From Candidatus Saccharimonadota bacterium (GTDB taxonomy: Bacteria; Patescibacteriota; Microgenomatia; UBA1406; GWC2-37-13), in the NCBI GenBank assembly GCA_001790095.1, contig MGBH01000001.1, positions 330,001 to 362,000 on the forward strand: 32,000 bases of DNA. The letters are read 5' to 3'. Numbering within the stretch: position 1 is the stretch's first letter; each line of letters begins with the position of its first letter. A program made the position numbers and the translations under genes. The notes under the pieces were generated by a model. That model did not search any database. It was not told the origin of the DNA and was given only the letters and a program-made list of their open reading frames with translations. Below are positions 1 to 6,915 of the stretch, piece after piece.

Positions 1-1436
1 CGGGCTTTTGCAGCACCTGATTGTAATATCATTTTTATTCTTTCGGGATTTGTTTTCAATTGGCTATATAATTCTCGTTCTTTTTTAAACTTTGTAAGTA
101 TTGCTTGAAAAAGTTTTTCTTTTACTTCTACATCTGCCACCGTTCCTTTTTCATATCTATTTTCAAGATCTTTAACTTCTTTTTTGTCATCGTTAAGCAA
201 GCGATGATAAGTGAATATTGGGTTACCGTCAACTCGTCCAGGATCTGTCGCTTTAATACGATTTGGGTCAGTAAAGCAACTCATGACTTGTTTACGAATT
301 ATTTTTTCCTCAGCAAAAACAGCGATGTAATTATTCAAACTTTTACTCATCTTGCGCTTGCCATCAGTACCAATCAAACGAGCACTTTCCTTCATATTAA
401 AGATGTCAGGAAGGTTAAATGTTTTCCCATATGTTTTGTTGAAAAATCCTCCAACATCTCTTGTGATTTCAATATGTTGTTTCTGATCGTCTCCAACAGG
501 CACATAGTCAGGGTCATACAAAAGAATGTCTGCGGCCATAAGGATGGGGTAACTGAAAAGTCCCATATTTATATCTTCCGGATTGGTTCCTTTTTGGAGT
601 TTGTCTTTATACGCGTGTGCACGCTTGATAAGAGAAAGTGGAGTAATATTGTTTAAAATACTTTGTAGTTCAGTGTGCTGGGGTATGTCAGATTGTCGAT
701 AAAAAACTACTTTGTTTGTATCAATCCCAAATGCTAAATAAGACAACACAAGATTTTCAACGTTTCGTTGCATTTCATCTCTTTTTTGTATGGTTGTGAG
801 AGCATGAAGATCAGCGATAAAAAAATACACCTTATCAGCTTGCTTTTGCAATTCCAAGAATGGAACTACGGCTCCTAGATAGTTACCTATGTGTACTTCC
901 CCGCTTCCTGATGGAGTAATGCCAGTTAAAATTGAGTAATGAGATTTAAGTATAGAATCAGAAGCTGATTTGATGAATCCAACATCCACTATGGTCGAAT
1001 TTGGCAGATTGATGAGATCTGATGTTTTATAGTTAATACTTGAAGTAAAGCTTCCTGAACCTGCCTGAACATATTTTTTTTCAAATATTTTTTTATCAAG
1101 AAATGTTTTTACGACTTGAGGTATATAAATACGCGCACTTCCAGGCTCAAGTCCTGTAAGAGAAGAAAACTCTTTATTGGTTGCCATAGTTAATAAAGTG
1201 GTTTTGGCAGCTTTTTTAAGTTTCTCCAAGTTTACTTTGCAATCATCTCTTCTAATAACAGCGATATATCCATAATCAACTTTAAAGATCAACGTTGAAG
1301 CTCCATTTTCAAAGGTAAGCTTGCAGTAATTGAGAACATCCTCAACTTCTTTAAAATATGGGTGTTCAACCACATAGTGATCGACATTCAGTTCCTTGAG
1401 CTTGTTTGAGTATTCTTTTACGTTTAGTTCTATCAT
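1..1436 (-). CDS. trpS: Tryptophanyl-tRNA synthetase with a ~165-aa N-terminal YbaK/ProX-like extension. The C-terminus runs off the window and the gene is absent from the supplied ORF track.
   Basis: Manual reverse-complement translation from the ATG at 1436..1434 stays open to position 1 (MIELNVKEYSNKLKELNVDHYVVEHPYF...). Class I signatures are TGITPSGSGEVHIGNYLGAV (HIGH-type) and GKRKMSKSL (KMSKS). GLFSYPILMAADILLYDPDYVPVGDDQKQHIEITRD is colinear with bacterial TrpRS. Confidence 0.9.
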   Translation of the reverse strand, partial: MIELNVKEYSNKLKELNVDHYVVEHPYFKEVEDVLNYCKLTFENGASTLIFKVDYGYIAVIRRDDCKVNLEKLKKAAKTTLLTMATNKEFSSLTGLEPGSARIYIPQVVKTFLDKKIFEKKYVQAGSGSFTSSINYKTSDLINLPNSTIVDVGFIKSASDSILKSHYSILTGITPSGSGEVHIGNYLGAVVPFLELQKQADKVYFFIADLHALTTIQKRDEMQRNVENLVLSYLAFGIDTNKVVFYRQSDIPQHTELQSILNNITPLSLIKRAHAYKDKLQKGTNPEDINMGLFSYPILMAADILLYDPDYVPVGDDQKQHIEITRDVGGFFNKTYGKTFNLPDIFNMKESARLIGTDGKRKMSKSLNNYIAVFAEEKIIRKQVMSCFTDPNRIKATDPGRVDGNPIFTYHRLLNDDKKEVKDLENRYEKGTVADVEVKEKLFQAILTKFKKERELYSQLKTNPERIKMILQSGAAKA

Positions 1437-1456
1437 ATAATTGATTATACAAAAAT

Positions 1457-2122
1457 TTATAAATCTTGTAATATGTCAGGTCGTGGAGGGCCCGCAAAAA
1501 TCATTGCGTCCCCCCTCGCATAATCGACATCAGTTATGGCACATGGTGCAAATGCTTCTATATCACCATATAAGCAGTTATGCCCATATCTGCCCCTATC
1601 CACATCACCTAATTGATTACCCGTGTTGATAAAAACACCAAGACGGACAGCATCATCAATATTTAAATCTGCCACCTTTAGACCCAATCTCTTCATTTTT
1701 TCAGACTGGGTATGAAAAGCGATAAAATCAGGGCGTGTTTCTTGTACCTCTTTTTTTAGGAGATGAAAGCCAAGTCCAGGAAAGCCGGGATCGCATATAA
1801 TACCTTCTACATGCAGGATTTTTTCATGTAAATCAGACCCTCGAATAGTTGTAGCTAAGAATCCCGTTGCACACTCATCCATCATCGCAACGGTTAAGCG
1901 TTGACAACCAAACACATGATCTGCTACGTCTTTTCGTAATCCCTCGGTAACTTCATTTCTTAAGAAACCAACTGCTGTTAATCTCGATAGTGATTCCAAC
2001 AGATCAGGGTGTTTATCTGCAAAATTAGTATCACCGTTTTGTTCATGAAAATATAAACGGTGCGTATTTGCAAAAAGGTCTTGTACGGGTCCGGAATGTC
2101 TGAAGCCTTCTCCTAAAAACAT
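1457..2122 (-). CDS. Hypothetical protein (221 aa) of unknown family, visibly GC-richer than its neighbours
   Basis: A long ORF in an AT-rich genome, where stop codons are frequent. It ends 20 nt before the trpS start on the same strand. Its composition is rich in G/R/D/H and poor in K/I, unlike the flanking genes. I recognise no family. There is a weak Cys..His..Asp pattern (VFGCQRLTVAMMDECATGFLATTIRG...LHVEGIICDPG). Confidence 0.55.
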   Translation of the reverse strand: MFLGEGFRHSGPVQDLFANTHRLYFHEQNGDTNFADKHPDLLESLSRLTAVGFLRNEVTEGLRKDVADHVFGCQRLTVAMMDECATGFLATTIRGSDLHEKILHVEGIICDPGFPGLGFHLLKKEVQETRPDFIAFHTQSEKMKRLGLKVADLNIDDAVRLGVFINTGNQLGDVDRGRYGHNCLYGDIEAFAPCAITDVDYARGDAMIFAGPPRPDILQDL

Positions 2123-2136
2123 AATAAAAATAAATT

Positions 2137-2166
2137 AATAAAAAACCTCCCATATCTTGGGAGGTT
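2137..2166 (-). terminator. Rho-independent terminator downstream of the trpR-like gene
   Basis: A perfect 9-bp stem (2144..2152 aacctccca paired with 2158..2166 tgggaggtt) with a 5-nt loop. On the minus strand it reads AACCTCCCAagataTGGGAGGTTTTTTATT, a GC-rich stem followed by a T-run, 22 nt after the stop at 2188. Confidence 0.65.
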
Positions 2167-2187
2167 ATGAACGAACAATAAAAAAGA

Positions 2188-2475
2188 TTAACCTCCCTTT
2201 TTGGAGGCACGCCAACCCATTTTCGTTATCGTACTAAATCTGCCTTTGGCAATCTCTTTTGATCCGCGGGTAACTGTTGCTACACCAATACCAAGTTTTT
2301 TTGCAATTTCATGTTGCGGAACACCTTTTTTAAGAAGTTTAATGATTTGCAGACGTACAGGAATTTCTTCAAGTTCTTGGGGAGTGAGGATGCCATACAA
2401 AAAATCTGCCATTTCTTTTTTGTTTTTTACGGCAAGGAGAATAGTAACTAATTCACTCTGATATTTTGAATTCAT
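2188..2475 (-). CDS. TrpR/YerC-YecD family helix-turn-helix regulator (95 aa)
   Basis: FLYGILTPQELEEIPVRLQIIKLLKKGVPQHEIAKKLGIGVATVTRGSKEIAKG is colinear with E. coli TrpR [56 protein letters not shown]. The recognition-helix ATxTRGS is conserved. Confidence 0.85.
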   Translation of the reverse strand: MNSKYQSELVTILLAVKNKKEMADFLYGILTPQELEEIPVRLQIIKLLKKGVPQHEIAKKLGIGVATVTRGSKEIAKGRFSTITKMGWRASKKGG

Positions 2476-2511
2476 AGATACTAGTATACTAGTACACTAG
2501 TATTATGTCAA
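2476..2511 (-). promoter_or_regulatory. Sigma70-like promoter overlapped by a triple ACTAGT (TrpR-type) operator; the transcript is probably leaderless
   Basis: The minus strand reads TTGACA(2511..2506)-17 nt-TATACT(2488..2483)-AGTATCT-ATG(2475). ACTAGT hexamers lie at 2480..2485, 2488..2493 and 2496..2501, 8 bp apart. 2478..2495 matches the E. coli trp operator GTACTAGTTAACTAGTAC at 15 of 18 positions. Confidence 0.6.
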
Positions 2512-2529
2512 GTGGAATTACAGTTTTGA

Positions 2530-4767
2530 CTATAATCTAATAATCGAATACGGATCCTTATCGTGGTTGCAGTCGACGCAGTATATTGAAAACATATCCT
2601 TAAGTACTGTTTTTTCTTTCATCTCGACATTTGGATCATTTGAGGAGGCGGGTTTGTCTGTGTCTTTGTTAATAGGAATTGTTTGTTTAGTCATTATGCT
2701 TGCCTTTGGTTCGGTACCCTTTATAAAGTACTCAAACCGTGCACCGCAACTTTCTTTTCCATCTTCTCCTTTAGTCATGATCGCGCCTGTATCATTACAG
2801 ATCTGCATCCCGACCACATTTTCTGGTTTGATAGGCCACAGATCAGGTTGGTTTTTAAGGACTTGAGTCATGACCTTATTCCAGATAGGAGCTGCTCCTG
2901 TAACTCCTGATGCAAGGTATGGGTTCATAGGCGATGAGTCATTGTTTCCAACCCATACGGAAATCAAAAAATTTGGAGTAAAACCAATAGTCCAGTTGTC
3001 TTTTTTGTCATCAGTTGTACCAGTCTTCACAGATACAGCATGTCCGGTTATGTCAAGAAAGGATGATGTTCCAAAAGCTCCGGAGCGTGCATTTTTGTCA
3101 AGAAGAATATGGGATATGAGATAGGAGGCCTCCTGTGAGATGGCTCGTTTTCCCGGGATTGATATAAACGATGGAGAGGTAAGAGGCTTTTTAACATCTG
3201 CAACAAAATTTGAATCTTTAAATTCATATAATTTATTGCCGAATTTATCCTTGACCTTTATGATTGATTGAAGTTTTCGTGGTATTCCTTGATTGGGGAA
3301 TGAAGAAAAGGCCTGAGCCATCTCTGTCATGCGAACTTCTCCTCCTCCAAGGGTGATGGAGAGGCCATAGTTTTTCGGGTCTTTAAACGAGGTGATAGTA
3401 AATGCTGATGCGGATGCAATAAAATTTTCTACTCCATTGAATGCAACCATTTTTACTGCAGGAATATTATATGAATTACCAAGAGCCATACGTAGATGTA
3501 CGGCACCATGGAACTGTCCATCATAGTTTACTGGACAGTATGACCCAGATTGGCCAGCAGCAGTAAAACAGGTTGGAATGTCAAGGAACATAGTGCCCGG
3601 CGTAACAAGCTTCCTGTCCAGTCCTATTGCGTAATTAATTGGTTTAATGGAAGAACCCGGTTGACGCAGTGCTGTTGTAACGTTAAAAGCACCTGAGCCT
3701 GTTGCAAAATAATCAACACTTCCAATCATACTCAAAATCTCACCAGTTGGTGGACGTGTGACAAGAAGCGCACCGTTTGACACATCAAGATGTTTAATTT
3801 TCTCAAGCTCTTCCTTTAAAATAGTTTCAGCTTGTTCTTGTATATCAAGATCAAGCGTGGTTTTAACTATGAGTCCTCCCTCTTCTACTTGTTTTACTCC
3901 ATATTCTTGTTCCAAAAGCGATTTGACAAAAAAAACAAAGTGTGGCGCTTTTATAGACGTTTTTAGGGGAACAGCGCTTATGCTTGCGGTCTGAGCATCT
4001 TTTTCAGTTTTTTTATTTATATATCCTTGCTCGTACATTTTTTTTAATACTTCGTTTCTTCTCATCTTTGTCAAATCCGGATTGCTGTATGGAGAATAAA
4101 GAGAAGGAGCTTGAGGCAGTCCGGCCAGCAAAGCAGCCTCATCAAGAGTAAGATCTTTTGCATGTTTGCCAAAGTAGGTCTTAGATGCCTCTTCAATACC
4201 GTAGGAAGACCCTCCATACGGAATCTGGTTGAGATACATCTCAAGGATTTGATCTTTGTTAAAAATCTTTTCGGTCTGGAGAGCTAGGACAATCTCTTTT
4301 ATTTTTCGGGTGATTGTACGTTCTGGAGTAAGAAGTGCTCCTTTGACTAACTGTTGAGTGACGGTTGAACCACCTTGCAAATTTTTTTTAAGAATCATAT
4401 CTTTCATTGCTCTTAAGATACCTGAGAAGATAGATATACCTTTATGTTTATAAAAATCCTTGTCCTCAATAGCAATGGTTGCTTGAAGGGCATATTTGGG
4501 AAGGTCCTTTAACTTGATTGGAGTGCGATTTTGATCTTTATAGATTTCATATAATAATTTGTCATTGCGGTCGTAAATGTGTGTTGATATGGCAGTTGAT
4601 TTATAATCTTTGAGCGATTCAGGAGAGGGAAGCTTATAAAGTATAAGAAAGTAAAAAACAACTCCTCCAAGGCTTAATATTAATAAAGGAATAGCTATGA
4701 TGAGGAGCCATTTAAAGTTTACTGTTTTTTTTACAGGTTCGGGATTAGTGGTTAAGGTTTCTGTCAT
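2530..4767 (-). CDS. ponA: Class A penicillin-binding protein (bifunctional GT51 transglycosylase and transpeptidase)
   Basis: N-terminal TM segment. GT51 motifs are AIEDKDFYKHKGIS, GGSTVTQQLVK and RKIKE. Transpeptidase motifs are SSIKP (SxxK), SYN (SxN) and KTGT. Confidence 0.9.
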   Translation of the reverse strand: MTETLTTNPEPVKKTVNFKWLLIIAIPLLILSLGGVVFYFLILYKLPSPESLKDYKSTAISTHIYDRNDKLLYEIYKDQNRTPIKLKDLPKYALQATIAIEDKDFYKHKGISIFSGILRAMKDMILKKNLQGGSTVTQQLVKGALLTPERTITRKIKEIVLALQTEKIFNKDQILEMYLNQIPYGGSSYGIEEASKTYFGKHAKDLTLDEAALLAGLPQAPSLYSPYSNPDLTKMRRNEVLKKMYEQGYINKKTEKDAQTASISAVPLKTSIKAPHFVFFVKSLLEQEYGVKQVEEGGLIVKTTLDLDIQEQAETILKEELEKIKHLDVSNGALLVTRPPTGEILSMIGSVDYFATGSGAFNVTTALRQPGSSIKPINYAIGLDRKLVTPGTMFLDIPTCFTAAGQSGSYCPVNYDGQFHGAVHLRMALGNSYNIPAVKMVAFNGVENFIASASAFTITSFKDPKNYGLSITLGGGEVRMTEMAQAFSSFPNQGIPRKLQSIIKVKDKFGNKLYEFKDSNFVADVKKPLTSPSFISIPGKRAISQEASYLISHILLDKNARSGAFGTSSFLDITGHAVSVKTGTTDDKKDNWTIGFTPNFLISVWVGNNDSSPMNPYLASGVTGAAPIWNKVMTQVLKNQPDLWPIKPENVVGMQICNDTGAIMTKGEDGKESCGARFEYFIKGTEPKASIMTKQTIPINKDTDKPASSNDPNVEMKEKTVLKDMFSIYCVDCNHDKDPYSIIRL

Positions 4768-4769
4768 GG

Positions 4770-6188
4770 TTATTTTAATCTTGGAAATAGGGGAGGGGTT
4801 TTGATAATAGTTCCCTTAGTCGATGCGATTATTTTTTCTGAGGCGGTTGGAATAATGGGGAGTAATTGATGCGCGATAATTCTAATTTCATTAAGCATCT
4901 TTTTCAAAAAAACAGTTCGTTCTGCCTGACTCTTTTTCCACGGTTCAAAATCGTTTGTGTTCTTGTTCAATTCTTTAATATGATCCCAGATTGATTTAAT
5001 AACCAAGTCAAGTTGTCCTTTTTCAAACAAAGCGATTTGGGATTTAGTATAGACGTTACCTAGAAGATCATCATTTATGATGACGTGGTCAGTTGCAGCA
5101 ATGGTTGTAATACGAGATACGAGATTACCCAACTCATTAGCAAGTTCTGAGTTATAGACTTCTTTCATACGATCAAAAGAAAAATCACCATCATTAAAGG
5201 AAGGAATTTCTTTTAACAAGTAATATCTAACCGCGTCGGATCCGTATTGTTTTACCAAGTCAAAAGGATTGATCACATTCCCTAAGCTTTTACTCATTTT
5301 TTGTCCGTTTGATGTGATAAAGCCATGAATTCTTATTTGCTTTGAGGTGGGAAGCCCTGAAGACATAAGCATTGCTTGCCAGATAGCGCTTTGTTGGCGC
5401 AAGTTGTCTTTTCCAGCAAGCTGTACAACGGGCCACCAAGATTTGAAATTTTTTTGTTCAGTTGGCCAACCAATGTTTGAAATATAAAAAACAAGAGCAT
5501 CAAACCAAACATACATTACATGTTTATTATCGTTTGGAACATCTATTCCCCACGGCATTTTCTCCCTTAGACGAGATATGCTAAAGTCCTGTAACCCATT
5601 TTGTACGAATGTTTTAATCTCAAGAAGACGGTTTTGCGGTGTTACGAATTCGGGTTGATCGGTATAGAGCTTTAACAACCTGTTTTGGTATTTTGAGAAT
5701 CGGAAAAAATAGTTTTCTTCTTCATATATCTCAATTTTAAGATTCGGATGGACTGGGCATATATTATTTTCCAGTTCAGAATCGGTTTTCTCTAGTTCGC
5801 AGCCGACACAGTATTTGATACGATAATTTTTTTTATAAATATCACCATTTTGAAAACACAAATTCCAGAATTCCTGTGCAGCATGTATATGTTTTGGGTC
5901 GGTAGTACGGATGAAATGAGTAGTGCTAAGATTGAGTATATGAGTGAGATCGTCAAATTTTTTTGCGTATGAATTGCAGTAGCTAAGCGGATCCATTTTG
6001 GCCTCAAGTGCTTTTCTATATATTTTTACTCCATGCTCATCGGTCCCAAATCCAAAGGATACTTCGTATCCCTCCATCCTTTTATAGCGGGCTACAGCGT
6101 CTGCTTGTACGATTTCCAGGGCAAATCCTATATGTGGATCAGCATTTACATAAGGAGCAGTTGTAGTGATATAGAACTTCTTATCCAT
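4770..6188 (-). CDS. metG: Methionyl-tRNA synthetase, short form without a C-terminal tRNA-binding domain
   Basis: APYVNADPHIGFALE (HIGH-type), KMSKSLGN (KMSKS), a zinc-knuckle-like CVGCELEK...CPVHP, and FGFGTDEHG. Confidence 0.92.
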   Translation of the reverse strand: MDKKFYITTTAPYVNADPHIGFALEIVQADAVARYKRMEGYEVSFGFGTDEHGVKIYRKALEAKMDPLSYCNSYAKKFDDLTHILNLSTTHFIRTTDPKHIHAAQEFWNLCFQNGDIYKKNYRIKYCVGCELEKTDSELENNICPVHPNLKIEIYEEENYFFRFSKYQNRLLKLYTDQPEFVTPQNRLLEIKTFVQNGLQDFSISRLREKMPWGIDVPNDNKHVMYVWFDALVFYISNIGWPTEQKNFKSWWPVVQLAGKDNLRQQSAIWQAMLMSSGLPTSKQIRIHGFITSNGQKMSKSLGNVINPFDLVKQYGSDAVRYYLLKEIPSFNDGDFSFDRMKEVYNSELANELGNLVSRITTIAATDHVIINDDLLGNVYTKSQIALFEKGQLDLVIKSIWDHIKELNKNTNDFEPWKKSQAERTVFLKKMLNEIRIIAHQLLPIIPTASEKIIASTKGTIIKTPPLFPRLK

Positions 6189-6191
6189 GAC

Positions 6192-6500
6192 CTATTGTAT
6201 CAAAAACCGTATGCCAAGTACAAAGGAAAGAAGTAGTAAAGTATTAAGCCAATTAAAGCCAATCGATGCATTGATAAAAAGAAGTATAAAAAGGAAAATG
6301 CTTAGCAGTATCGAATCCTTTTTTTTAACGAAATAGGTAGTAAGGAAAAAGACGAACAAAGAAACGCAGATTGAAAAAGCAAATATAATAGGAAACCCAT
6401 TCGGTTCCAAAAAAAGCAGGCTGTAACAAATAAAACATCCAAGTATAGTCAAAAGTAACAATCTTGTTTTTTTTAGAGTAGAAGCAACTTTTTTTTGCAT
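6192..6500 (-). CDS. Small hydrophobic membrane protein of unknown function
   Basis: The ORF has about 3 predicted TM stretches and heads the metG/PBP operon (stop 3 nt before the metG start). I chose the ATG at 6500 over the TTG at 6506 used in the ORF track. No family recognised. Confidence 0.5.
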   Translation of the reverse strand: MQKKVASTLKKTRLLLLTILGCFICYSLLFLEPNGFPIIFAFSICVSLFVFFLTTYFVKKKDSILLSIFLFILLFINASIGFNWLNTLLLLSFVLGIRFLIQ

Positions 6501-6519
6501 ACGCAAATCAAATTCTCGC

Positions 6520-6548
6520 TTGAATCTTGGCGATATATAAATTATAAT
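6520..6548 (+). promoter_or_regulatory. Sigma70-like promoter for rpsO
   Basis: TTGAAT(6520..6525)-17 nt-TATAAT(6543..6548), with the rpsO ATG only 10 nt downstream (6559). No Shine-Dalgarno motif in between. Confidence 0.5.
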
Positions 6549-6558
6549 CGTATGTTAT

Positions 6559-6828
6559 ATGAAAAAACTACCGGATGATAAGCAGAAACTTATTGAGTTG
6601 TTTGCACAAAAATCAGGAGACACAGGTTCACCCGAGGTTCAGGTAGCTCTTCTTTCCCAAAAAATTGAACGTCTAACAGAGCATCTTGGCATCAATAAAA
6701 AAGATAATCACTCTCGTCGTGGGCTTTTAAAGGTTATAGCTAAAAGACGACGAATAATGAACTATTTGCAGAAATTAGACGAAAAAAGATATAAACAATT
6801 GATAGAGAAAATTGGATTAAAGAAATAA
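6559..6828 (+). CDS. rpsO: 30S ribosomal protein S15
   Basis: 89 aa. GDTGSPEVQVALLSQKIERLTEHL...KDNHSRRGLLKVIAKRRRIMNYL is the typical S15 signature. The conserved rpsO-pnp order is present. Confidence 0.95.
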   Translation: MKKLPDDKQKLIELFAQKSGDTGSPEVQVALLSQKIERLTEHLGINKKDNHSRRGLLKVIAKRRRIMNYLQKLDEKRYKQLIEKIGLKK

Positions 6829-6915
6829 TTTTCTCCTTCCATCTTCTTATAAATACCTATATTATTAATAATAACAATATATTTATAGGCTGATTATTAC
6901 CATTTAATTTTTTTT

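Noticed and set aside
105-656. 183-aa plus-strand ORF from the supplied track (TTG start, F/I-rich)
   Set aside because: It lies entirely antisense to the unlisted minus-strand trpS, which has unmistakable HIGH and KMSKS motifs. Its composition is low-complexity, typical of the antisense frame of an AT-rich gene.
2201-2461. 86-aa plus-strand ORF
   Set aside because: It is antisense to the well-supported TrpR-family gene and I recognise no motif in it.
2567-3994. Several 75-99-aa plus-strand ORFs (2567..2866, 2683..2910, 2870..3124, 3758..3994)
   Set aside because: All are antisense shadows inside the class A PBP gene.
6541-6548. Palindromic ATTATAAT as a shared bidirectional -10 for rpsO and the divergent membrane-protein/metG operon
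   Set aside because: The minus-strand reading has no acceptable -35 (AGTTTT) and would give a 40-nt leader. This is plausible but unsupported, so I call only the plus-strand promoter.
6829-6915. Possible rpsO-pnp intergenic hairpin or attenuator (TATAAATA ... TATTTATA)
   Set aside because: Only about 8 A-T base pairs with a ~22-nt loop and no GC clamp or T-run. This is not distinguishable from chance in AT-rich DNA.
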